Below, piece by piece: positions 7,888 to 15,428 of a DNA stretch of 32,000 nt; the first letter of the stretch is position 1, and each line of letters opens with the position of its first letter. The DNA comes from Ignicoccus hospitalis KIN4/I (lineage in GTDB: Archaea; Thermoproteota; Thermoprotei_A; Sulfolobales; Ignicoccaceae): the NCBI RefSeq assembly GCF_000017945.1, contig NC_009776.1, forward strand, positions 180,001-212,000, read 5' to 3'. The notes under the pieces were generated by a model that saw nothing but the letters and a program-made list of their open reading frames with translations, was not told where the DNA came from and made no database searches. The position numbers were made by a program, and so were the translations under genes.

Positions 7888-8598
7888 ATGAGCCTAAAGG
7901 TAATAGCTGGGCAGATTACGTACATCGAGCGACTTTATATATACCATTACGTGCCCGGCGCCCATGCGTTGTGGATCTCCTTGGACAGCTGGGAACCCCC
8001 AGAGAGCCCCCTGGAGTTCTTGAGGGGCGAGGGGAGGCAGCTCTCCGTTGAGGAGATAGTGAAGAGGGCGCTCAAGTACTCGACGAAGACCTTAGTCTTC
8101 GACGGGCCCCTCCCTTACGAGGTAGCGGAAGAGCTCTTGAGGAGGGGGTTCAGGGTGGCCGTGAGGTACGACGCCCCCCTCGAGCTCCCCAAGGGGGCGT
8201 CGTTGCTCATGCAAACCTCCTCCCCCGAGGACTTGAGGGCCCAATTGAAGGCCTATGACGACGTCCACTTGGAAGTTTACCCAACCAACCTAGAGGCGCT
8301 CGAAGAGGCCCCTAAGGACTTGCCCGTACACCTCTTCTCGTGGCCGGACTACTTAAAGGTAGAGAAGATGGGCTTTTACTACGTCTACAACCACACCCAG
8401 CCCTACCGGGAGGACACCAAGTGCCCTAGGTGCGGCACCCCGAACGCGGTGAGGGAGAACGACACGCTCTTGGGATGGGACGGGCCTAGGTGTAGGAGGT
8501 GCGGCTTCCGCTTACACTACCACGCAGAGGAAACGCCGGAGGTGCCTAGGGTCATACGCGAGTGGCTCTCTTGGCGCTTTTCCGTTCCAGTGCTTTGA
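7888..8598 (+). CDS. hypothetical protein with C-terminal CxxC...CxxC zinc ribbon; possible cluster-less radical-SAM-like fold
   Basis: 236 aa. The only four Cys are in CPRCGTPNAVRENDTLLGWDGPRCRRCG. The N-terminal LYIYHYVPGAHALWISL resembles the PLYHFYPG...segment of PflA/AmmeMemoRadiSam enzymes, but no CxxxCxxC is present. Confidence 0.7.
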   Translation: MSLKVIAGQITYIERLYIYHYVPGAHALWISLDSWEPPESPLEFLRGEGRQLSVEEIVKRALKYSTKTLVFDGPLPYEVAEELLRRGFRVAVRYDAPLELPKGASLLMQTSSPEDLRAQLKAYDDVHLEVYPTNLEALEEAPKDLPVHLFSWPDYLKVEKMGFYYVYNHTQPYREDTKCPRCGTPNAVRENDTLLGWDGPRCRRCGFRLHYHAEETPEVPRVIREWLSWRFSVPVL

Positions 8599-9037
8599 CC
8601 GCCTTTTCGAGCCACTGGCCCAGCTTGGTGCACGTCGCGGGGTCGAAGAAGTTCCCGGGACCGCAACGGTTGGCGTGGGGACAAGAGGTACAAGGGATCT
8701 TAGCGACTAGTCCCATCCTTACCTTGACGTCCAGCTTGATGCTTCTAGGAATTCTCTTCTCATACTTAACTTCCTTCTTCTCCTCGCTCTCCTCCTCTTC
8801 CGGTACCTTGTCTACCAAGGCGGTGAGCCTGTAGGTCTTCCTCCCCTTTACGGTGACCAACTCCCTATGTATCAGCTTCTTCTTGGCGAGCCGAAGAGCT
8901 ATTCTGGAGCCGTCGCGACTGTCTATATTGAGCTTCTTCCAGAGGTCTTGCTGGAGGAGGCCGTCCTTTCCAGCCTCAATAATTAATTTGAGTGCCTTCT
9001 TCTCAAGTTCAGTCAAGTTCAACTTCTCTGAGCTCAT
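8552..9037 (-). CDS. TFE-beta / RPC34-like protein: winged helix plus C-terminal 4-Cys (Fe-S type) domain
   Basis: 161 aa. N-terminal winged helix is (LTELEKKALKLIIEAGKDGLLQQDLWKKLNIDSRDGSRIALRLAKKKLI). An acidic linker follows, then CTSCPHANRCGPGNFFDPATC (C-x2-C-x5-C-x12-C). This architecture matches crenarchaeal TFE-beta. The call rests on architecture, not on an alignment. Confidence 0.6.
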   Translation of the reverse strand: MSSEKLNLTELEKKALKLIIEAGKDGLLQQDLWKKLNIDSRDGSRIALRLAKKKLIHRELVTVKGRKTYRLTALVDKVPEEEESEEKKEVKYEKRIPRSIKLDVKVRMGLVAKIPCTSCPHANRCGPGNFFDPATCTKLGQWLEKAVKALERKSAKRATRV

Positions 9038-9082
9038 ACTTTTTTGTCCCAGTAGCTATCTGTAGTAACAACGGTATTTAAG

Positions 9083-9391
9083 TCATTCTTCAGAGCCGCC
9101 CTCCTCGCCCTCCCTCGACACCTCGAATATCTTTATCCCCCTGAAGACGACGTGGCTTATGTTGTAATCAGTAAGTACGGAGAATATCTTCTTCTCGGCT
9201 TCCTTTATCTTTTCGTCGCTTACTTGCTCTTCGTCTACGTAGACGTTTATGTCAAGTATGGGCATGTTCCTCCCGCTCCGGAATATCAACACCTCCGACT
9301 CAGGGAACGACTCCGCTATGCTACCCAGCACGTCTTTCAACGCGTTTATGTTCCACTTCGCTTTGGTAAACCTGAAGCGGAGCCTCTTCAA
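9083..9391 (-). CDS. hypothetical protein, 102 aa
   Basis: The only coherent ORF in this interval. Composition is mixed alpha/beta-like with an acidic tail. The opposite-strand ORF 9152..9499 is Tyr/Val/Arg-rich and runs into aroE. Confidence 0.55.
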   Translation of the reverse strand: MKRLRFRFTKAKWNINALKDVLGSIAESFPESEVLIFRSGRNMPILDINVYVDEEQVSDEKIKEAEKKIFSVLTDYNISHVVFRGIKIFEVSREGEEGGSEE

Positions 9392-9453
9392 GCTCTCTAC
9401 CCCTATTTAGGGAGACCAAAAGGCAACTTAAGGGTTGTTCGTGTTCCTAAAAG

Positions 9454-10242
9454 TTACGCGAGCGAGGCCAGAAGTCGCTCGTATACGTCCCTCCAGTAAG
9501 GGGAGGCTCCCAGCCACACCTTTTCGCTCTCCATCCCTTGGATAACCAACATCTTCAAGCCGTTTACTGTCTTCGCACCCTTCGCGAGCCCTACCTTTAG
9601 GAAGGGAGTGTACAGAGGTCTGTAGACCATATCCATTAACACGTGTCTACTTTCTATCACGTCTGGAGGTATAGGCATAGAAACGCCGTCCATGCCGACA
9701 GGAGTCGCGTTTATTATGATATCGTGCTTCTTTATCTTGTCGACCTCGTTGAGGCCCGCGTAATCGACGCCCAACTCTTCCGCGAGCCTCTTGGCCTTCT
9801 CCAACGTCCTGTTGAAAACGGTCACTTGGGCCTCGTCTCTCAGAGCTACCACGGCCGCCCTCGCGGCCCCGCCGGCACCCAAGACGGCCACCTTCAAGCC
9901 CTTCGGATCTACGGCGTCCTTTATACTGCCTCTAACGCCTTCAACGTCAGTATTGAACGCATATATCTTTCCGTCCTTTATCTTCAAGGTGTTTGCAGCT
10001 CCCACCTCGTTTACGAGGTCGTCGGCCACGTCTACGTACTTCAATACTTCGACCTTATGAGGAATGGTCACATTTATACCATTAAAAATCATGTCTACGG
10101 AAGACATGAAATCCCCTAACCTGTGAGGGGGTACGTCCACCTTCACGTATTCGGCTTCTACCTTCATCAGCTCAAAAGATATCTTGTGTAGCAAGGGTGA
10201 CAACGAGTGTTCTATGGGGTGGCCTATGACTGCGAAGAGCAT
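9454..10242 (-). CDS. aroE: shikimate 5-dehydrogenase
   Basis: VIGHPIEHSLSPLLHK, NVTIPHK, NTD and GAGGAARA motifs appear in the canonical order. 262 aa. Confidence 0.92.
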   Translation of the reverse strand: MLFAVIGHPIEHSLSPLLHKISFELMKVEAEYVKVDVPPHRLGDFMSSVDMIFNGINVTIPHKVEVLKYVDVADDLVNEVGAANTLKIKDGKIYAFNTDVEGVRGSIKDAVDPKGLKVAVLGAGGAARAAVVALRDEAQVTVFNRTLEKAKRLAEELGVDYAGLNEVDKIKKHDIIINATPVGMDGVSMPIPPDVIESRHVLMDMVYRPLYTPFLKVGLAKGAKTVNGLKMLVIQGMESEKVWLGASPYWRDVYERLLASLA

Positions 10243-10277
10243 CCCCGCCCTTTACCTTAAGGCGCCCCTCGGTAACA

Positions 10278-10286
10278 CTTATTTAC
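10278..10286 (+). promoter_or_regulatory. TATA-like box CTTATTTAC upstream of the Trp-rich small ORF
   Basis: Centre lies about 38 nt upstream of the GTG at 10320, which predicts a transcript start roughly 10 nt before the start codon. Confidence 0.35.
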
Positions 10287-10319
10287 ACTGAGTTAGGAGC
10301 GTCTAACGTGGTGTAAGCG

Positions 10320-10559
10320 GTGTTTGGCAAGGGATGGGGTAGAGGTAGGGGGTGGGGTCGAAGGCGCTTCGGCAAGTGGGGCGCCCGCTGGTGGTGGCAC
10401 TACTACGCCGCGCCCCCCGTAGCGCAACCGCCAGTCCAAGAGGCGAGGCCTCCCCAAGGCGCTCAGGAGGACGAATTCCCCGAGCCCCCTGTTTGGGGAG
10501 GGCCGGGCTGGAGGTGGTGGTACTGGTGGTACTATTCGCAGAGGCGTGAACGGAAGTAG
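10320..10559 (+). CDS. Trp/Arg/Gly-rich small protein, 79 aa
   Basis: Stand-alone ORF in a 353-nt gap. It has 12 Trp, 11 Arg and 10 Pro. Promoter-like and T5 terminator-like signals flank it. Coding status is unproven, and an overlapping alternative frame (10352..10549) is also open. Confidence 0.45.
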   Translation: MFGKGWGRGRGWGRRRFGKWGARWWWHYYAAPPVAQPPVQEARPPQGAQEDEFPEPPVWGGPGWRWWYWWYYSQRRERK

Positions 10560-10583
10560 CCTCCCGACCCGGCTACGATTTAG

Positions 10584-10588
10584 TTTTT
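10584..10588 (+). terminator. oligo-T run (TTTTT) after the Trp-rich ORF
   Basis: GATTTAGTTTTTCC lies 20-30 nt downstream of the stop at 10557-10559. Archaeal termination typically uses T-runs. Confidence 0.3.
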
Positions 10589-10595
10589 CCTCTCC

Positions 10596-11789
10596 TCACC
10601 TCGAGGCGTAGTCCGCGGCGGGACAATCGGTGCCTACGTAGCTGAGCAGAACTAGCGCGTCGTTCTGGTTTACCACGCCGTTCTGGTCGACGTCTCCGGT
10701 CATGCTAAAGATCTCCTTAAGCTGAGGGGGAAGATTGTTTATCACTACGTTACAATACTTCCGGTTCGTTATCAAGTTGGTCATGCACGCGACCACTTCG
10801 AAGTCCTTCATGGTGTACTTGCCGTCTAAGTCGACGTCCCCGGGACACTTCCTAGCGAACGTCACTTCGAAGCTCTGCATTACAGCCCCCACGTAACTCG
10901 GGGGAAGATTTATGGAGAAGGGGGCCGTGGGGTACGCAGAGAGGCCGACGCTGACTATCATCGGTTGGACGGTTATCAAGCCTGAGGGACCTCGGTTGGA
11001 GGTGTAACCCCCTTGGGCAGCGTAGCCCACTGCCCCCTTGACCGTGAACACGTAGTAGGCCGGCCGGGGGAAGTCCCAATAGCCCACCGGCTTTAGGGCG
11101 TTTGGTACGCTCCAGCCCCACTGCATGGTTATGTTAGTTATCCCGCCGAAGTTGTAGACGTCCGGTACCGGGGCGTAGTAAGGGGAGCCCAGCGGGCACG
11201 GGTTGCCCTTGGCGATCATTCGGCGACCGTACAACGAAACGTCGGAGGGGGAGGTGGAGATGAAGTAGGTCATGGTGACTGTGTCACCCTTCCTCAACTC
11301 TACGTTGTACGGAGCTAGGGCGAAGAAGTAGAAAGTCCTCATGTTAAGCGCCAAGAACTTAGCTACTGAGCCAGCTACCGTAGCGCTCGCCACCTCCGGC
11401 CTGGGGATTACGGTGCACATCACGAACAGTTTCTCCGCCGTCTCTCCTAGCAAGTCCTTGAGGGCGGCGTACCTCGGGGGCACGTTTGTAAGCACTTTAA
11501 ACTTTATTTCCATGAACTTTTCCAGAGTGCCCAAAGCCGGGTAGAAGTTCATTATACCTTCATAGTATAGGGAACACGCTTCCGCTCCCTCGCAGACCTC
11601 GAGTGGTGTCTTTACGTAGAGCTTGGTGAACAAGTTATCGTATAGCTTAATTCCTTCAATCATCATAATCCCTCTCCCGTCGAAGGTGAAACCGTAAGAC
11701 CCGTAGATCCTCACGGGACTCATAGGGGTGGCGGCGTACGCCACACTAAGTAGAGTCACGATCGTCAACAAGGAGGTCGCACGTCTCAA
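10596..11789 (-). CDS. secreted protein with C-terminal type I dockerin-like module
   Basis: Signal peptide is MRRATSLLTIVTLLSVAYA. The body is beta-rich with no domain I recognise. The C-terminus carries two EF-hand-like loops, DVDLDGKYTMKD (10803-10838) and DVDQNGVVNQND (10659-10694), each followed by a short helix. TTG start. Confidence 0.8.
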   Translation of the reverse strand: MRRATSLLTIVTLLSVAYAATPMSPVRIYGSYGFTFDGRGIMMIEGIKLYDNLFTKLYVKTPLEVCEGAEACSLYYEGIMNFYPALGTLEKFMEIKFKVLTNVPPRYAALKDLLGETAEKLFVMCTVIPRPEVASATVAGSVAKFLALNMRTFYFFALAPYNVELRKGDTVTMTYFISTSPSDVSLYGRRMIAKGNPCPLGSPYYAPVPDVYNFGGITNITMQWGWSVPNALKPVGYWDFPRPAYYVFTVKGAVGYAAQGGYTSNRGPSGLITVQPMIVSVGLSAYPTAPFSINLPPSYVGAVMQSFEVTFARKCPGDVDLDGKYTMKDFEVVACMTNLITNRKYCNVVINNLPPQLKEIFSMTGDVDQNGVVNQNDALVLLSYVGTDCPAADYASR

Positions 11790-12036
11790 TTAGGCCCCCT
11801 GCCGCGCTCTCGCAAAACGCTTTTACCTCTTCTAAAGGCTTCGGGAACCTAGTCGAAAGGACGAAGCCCTCGAAGTAGTCGCTCCAAGTAAATATTGGCT
11901 TATCCTCTATGGGCTTAAAGATCTCGAATGCTCTTGATAATATTGAGTTACAGTTGCCGTTACACTTGACTATTAACGCTACGTGGACCCTCCTCCGCTC
12001 TACGTTGAGCCCGGCGCTCCACGCCACGAGCCTCAT
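11746..12036 (-). CDS. questionable hypothetical ORF, 96 aa
   Basis: ATG-initiated ORF with plausible globular composition. It has no TATA-like element upstream and a 44-nt overlap with the start of the dockerin gene, whose promoter lies inside it. Confidence 0.3.
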   Translation of the reverse strand: MRLVAWSAGLNVERRRVHVALIVKCNGNCNSILSRAFEIFKPIEDKPIFTWSDYFEGFVLSTRFPKPLEEVKAFCESAAGGLIETCDLLVDDRDST

Positions 12037-12083
12037 ACCGTTTTCCCCGACGGCCTCCCCGAACGTCGAGGGGCGGTAAGGCT

Positions 12084-12932
12084 ATGAAGGTTGAGGACGA
12101 GCTGCTCGCCATAGTGCGGAGGAGGCTCGGGGCCGGCCTCTTGGGGCCCGGGGACGACGTAGACTTCATCAAGGTTGGCGACTACCGGCTGGTGTTCAAC
12201 GTCGATGGGTTTTCTGCGAAGGGTGTTTTGTTGGAGTTTATGGACTTGAGGGACGTAGGTTGGAGGGGCGTGACGGCGTGCGTAAGCGACTTGGTGGCGA
12301 AGCTGGTCAAGCCAAAGTACTTCCTTCACTCGGTCTACGGGAGCGACGTTGAAGAGGTAAGAGAGATAGTCGAAGGAATAGTAGAGGCTGCAGAGGAGTA
12401 CGGCCTCGCCTTCCTCGGAGCGGACACGAACAAGGGGGAGGCAGCAGTGGACGTCTTCTGCTTCGGCCTCAGCGACCTCGACCCTCCTAGGCTGGGAGGG
12501 GCGAGGCCGGGGGACAAGGTGGTGGTCCCTGAGGGGTGCTGGGGCTGCATAAATAGGTGCTTGAGGGGCGAGTACTGGGAACACTGCAAGAGACCAAAAG
12601 TCCCCTTAGAACTCCTTGAACGCTTGAGGGGATACGAGAAGTACGTCCACGCCTCTACGGACTCCAGCGACGGCCTCGTGATTAGCTTATACAAGCTGGC
12701 CTGGGCCTCCGGCGTTACGATAGCCCTCCACGAGCCCCCTCCGGGACCCCTAGGCGAGGAGGGCCTCTACGGCGGCGAGGAGTACTTGCCGGTCTTCGTG
12801 GTCGACCCGAGCGCGAGCGAAGCCGTCGAGGAGGCGGTCAAGGGTAGGGCAATAGGCGAGGTGCTCCCGGGAAGGCCCGAGGTGGTCTACAAGGGCAGGA
12901 CCCTCGACCCCCGCGGCTGGGAGTGGTTCTAA
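12084..12932 (+). CDS. thiL: thiamine-monophosphate kinase (AIR synthase-related family)
   Basis: GPGDDVDFIKVGDYRLVFNVDGF, DVGWRGVTACVSDLVA and GADTNKGE match PurM-superfamily ThiL-type motifs, and the 282-aa size fits. Other PurM-family members are not fully excluded. Confidence 0.7.
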   Translation: MKVEDELLAIVRRRLGAGLLGPGDDVDFIKVGDYRLVFNVDGFSAKGVLLEFMDLRDVGWRGVTACVSDLVAKLVKPKYFLHSVYGSDVEEVREIVEGIVEAAEEYGLAFLGADTNKGEAAVDVFCFGLSDLDPPRLGGARPGDKVVVPEGCWGCINRCLRGEYWEHCKRPKVPLELLERLRGYEKYVHASTDSSDGLVISLYKLAWASGVTIALHEPPPGPLGEEGLYGGEEYLPVFVVDPSASEAVEEAVKGRAIGEVLPGRPEVVYKGRTLDPRGWEWF

Positions 12933-15343
12933 ACGGGCCTCGGTCACCCGAGCGGGGGCAAGCGGTGGAGTTCAAGCCGAAGCTAGAACTCAAGAGGTGG
13001 GACTTCAAAATAGAGGACCAAGTGAGGTCGTGGTGGGAGAAGGAGGACTGGTGGAAGTTCGACCCTAACTCGCCCAAGCCGAAGTTCGTTATAGACACGC
13101 CCCCTCCCTATCCTGCCCCCTTGTGGCACATAGGGGCCGCCGTAAGCTACGCGATGCACGACATGATAGCGAGAGCTATGAGGATGATGGGTTATGAAGT
13201 GCTATACCCCATAGGCTTCGATAGGAACGGGTTGCCGATAGAGCTCTACGTCGAAAAGTACTTGGGTTTGACACCCTGGAAGACTGACAGAGAGAAGTTC
13301 CTCGAGACGTGTCGCCAAGTCTTAGACTCTTGGGTAGAGAAGATGAAGGAGACTCTGAAGAGACTACTGATAGCTGCTGATATAGATAACCCCTATCAGA
13401 CGGACTCTCCGGACTATAGGGCGTTCACCCAAGCCACCTTCATAGAGGCGTGGAAGAAGGGCCTCGTGTACGAGGCTGAGAGGCCCAACAACTGGTGCCC
13501 CAAGTGTAGGACCACTATCGCGGACGCAGAGGTAGAGTACAAGGAGATGAAAGGTATAATGGCTTACATAAAGTTCAAGGTTAAGGACTCTGACGAGGAG
13601 CTCGTGATAGCTACCACGAGACCGGAGCTCCTCTGTGCTTGTAGGGCCGTGGTAGTGCACCCGGACGACGAGAGGTACAAGAAGTATCACGGCAAGAAGG
13701 TGATAGTTCCGATATATGGTCACGAGATACCGGTCTTGCCCCACAAGATGGCGGACCCCAACTTCGGCACCGGAGCGATGATGGTCTGTTCCTTCGGCGA
13801 CTGGCGCGACGTGCAAATATTCAGGGAGCTCGGCTTGACTCCAGTGAAGGCGATAGACGAAGAGGGCAAGATGACAGAGTGTGCCGGCCCGATAGCCGGG
13901 CTGAAGGTCAAGGAAGCGAAAATGAAGATAGTCGAACTATTGAAGGAGCAAGGATACCTAGTCAAGGTAGAGGACATAGTTCACAAGGTCCCTGTACATG
14001 AGAGGTGCGAGACGCCCATCGAAATAATACCGATGAAGGAATACTACCTCAAGCAGCTAGAGTTCAAAGACGTGTTGAAAAAGTACGCAGAAGAGATGAA
14101 GTGGCAGCCGGAGAGGTACAAGAAGAACCTCCTCCAGTGGATAGACTCTGTGAGCACGGACTGGCCGATATCCCGTAGGAGGTTCTACGCCACAGAAATT
14201 CCCGTTTGGACTTGTAAGAGGTGCGGCTACAAGTACGTCCCCCCTCCGGGGAGGTATTACCGTCCGTGGAAGGAGGACCCCCCTATAGACAAGTGCCCGA
14301 AGTGCGGCGCGAGGGAGTGGGAGGGCGAGAAGAGGGTCTTCGACACTTGGATGGACTCATCGGTGACGGTGCTTTACATAACGAAGTACATGAGGGACGA
14401 GGAGTTCTGGAAGAAGACCTTCCTCGAGGGGGTAAAGCTGAGGCCTCAAGGTTACGACATCATAAGGACGTGGCTGTACTACAGCTTGTTAAGGGTTCAC
14501 CAGCTGACCGGCAAGAGGGCGTTCGATTTAGTCTTCATCAACGGAATGGGGTTAGACCCCAAAGGTAAGAAAATGAGTAAGAGGTACGGGAACGTTATAA
14601 TGCCGGAAGAGATATTGAACAAGTACGGCGCAGACGCGACGCGCTTCTGGATAGCCTTAGAGGTCAAGCCGGGTGAGAATTACAGGGTGATTGAGAACAA
14701 AATACAAGGCGCCCAGAAGTTCTTAACGAAGTTCTTAAACGTAGCAAGGTACGTATCTTCCTTCCCTTACCCGGAGGGTCGCGTGGAATTGAGAGAGGCC
14801 GACAAGTGGATCTTGGCTGAACTGGCTGAGCTAATAGAAAAGGTGAGGAAGGCGTACGCCGAGATGGACTTCCACACCGTGGCGGAGGAGTTCTACCACT
14901 TCGTGTGGGACAAGTTCTCTTCTCATTATATAGAGCTCAGCAAGAAGAGGGCCAGGATGATGGACGAGAGGTTCGACGAGGAGGACGCTAAGGCCGCCTG
15001 GTGGACCTTGCATACTGTGTTGAAGAACTTGTTGTTGATATTGGCACCGATCTCTCCGGCGATAAGCGATTACTTGTGGCGCCGGCTCTACTCCTCAGAG
15101 AGCGTTCATGCCCAGCGCTTGCCGGAGGCCCCGGAGGAGTGGCGCGACGAGGCCACGCTCGAGAAGGGCAGAGCTATAATGGAGCTCAACTCCAAGGTAT
15201 GGAAGGCTAAGAAGGAAGTACTGGGCAAGAAGCTGAGCGACCCCGTGACGGTGGAGGAGCTCAAGTCGGCCGGCGTGGAGCTCCCCGAGCTAGGGGGCTT
15301 CGAAGAGGACTTCATGGCCCTCCACAACGTAGTGAGGGGATGA
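12923..15343 (+). CDS. valS: valyl-tRNA synthetase
   Basis: Class Ia aaRS with IDTPPPYP...WHIGAA (HIGH region), a CP1 editing domain (ATTRPELL, GTGAMMVCSFGDWRD) and KMSKR at 14570-14584. The 806-aa size fits archaeal ValRS. An alternative GTG start at 12965 (VEFKPKLELKRWDF) avoids the 10-nt overlap with thiL. Confidence 0.85.
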   Translation: MVLNGPRSPERGQAVEFKPKLELKRWDFKIEDQVRSWWEKEDWWKFDPNSPKPKFVIDTPPPYPAPLWHIGAAVSYAMHDMIARAMRMMGYEVLYPIGFDRNGLPIELYVEKYLGLTPWKTDREKFLETCRQVLDSWVEKMKETLKRLLIAADIDNPYQTDSPDYRAFTQATFIEAWKKGLVYEAERPNNWCPKCRTTIADAEVEYKEMKGIMAYIKFKVKDSDEELVIATTRPELLCACRAVVVHPDDERYKKYHGKKVIVPIYGHEIPVLPHKMADPNFGTGAMMVCSFGDWRDVQIFRELGLTPVKAIDEEGKMTECAGPIAGLKVKEAKMKIVELLKEQGYLVKVEDIVHKVPVHERCETPIEIIPMKEYYLKQLEFKDVLKKYAEEMKWQPERYKKNLLQWIDSVSTDWPISRRRFYATEIPVWTCKRCGYKYVPPPGRYYRPWKEDPPIDKCPKCGAREWEGEKRVFDTWMDSSVTVLYITKYMRDEEFWKKTFLEGVKLRPQGYDIIRTWLYYSLLRVHQLTGKRAFDLVFINGMGLDPKGKKMSKRYGNVIMPEEILNKYGADATRFWIALEVKPGENYRVIENKIQGAQKFLTKFLNVARYVSSFPYPEGRVELREADKWILAELAELIEKVRKAYAEMDFHTVAEEFYHFVWDKFSSHYIELSKKRARMMDERFDEEDAKAAWWTLHTVLKNLLLILAPISPAISDYLWRRLYSSESVHAQRLPEAPEEWRDEATLEKGRAIMELNSKVWKAKKEVLGKKLSDPVTVEELKSAGVELPELGGFEEDFMALHNVVRG

Positions 15344-15396
15344 CGTCTTCCGGCGGAGCCGAACGGTGAGGACCTCTCTTCGCTGGCCGACCCCCC

Positions 15397-15404
15397 ATTA
15401 AAAG
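15397..15404 (+). promoter_or_regulatory. TATA-like box ATTAAAAG upstream of the HerA-like ATPase gene
   Basis: Centre lies about 28 nt upstream of the TTG at 15429, which would make the mRNA nearly leaderless. A second TTAAAG element sits at about 15409-15414. Confidence 0.3.
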
Positions 15405-15428
15405 GGCCTTAAAGAAGCGGAACGAGCG

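Noticed and set aside
10352-10549. 65-aa alternative frame within the Trp-rich ORF
   Set aside because: It is open only because the region is G-rich and stop-poor. The product is Arg/Ala/Pro-rich and featureless. The 10320 frame is the one positioned behind the TATA-like box. Neither frame is proven.
12033-12584. 183-aa minus-strand ORF opposite thiL
   Set aside because: The composition is Pro/Arg/Val/Ala-rich with no motifs, and it is antisense to a recognisable PurM-family gene.
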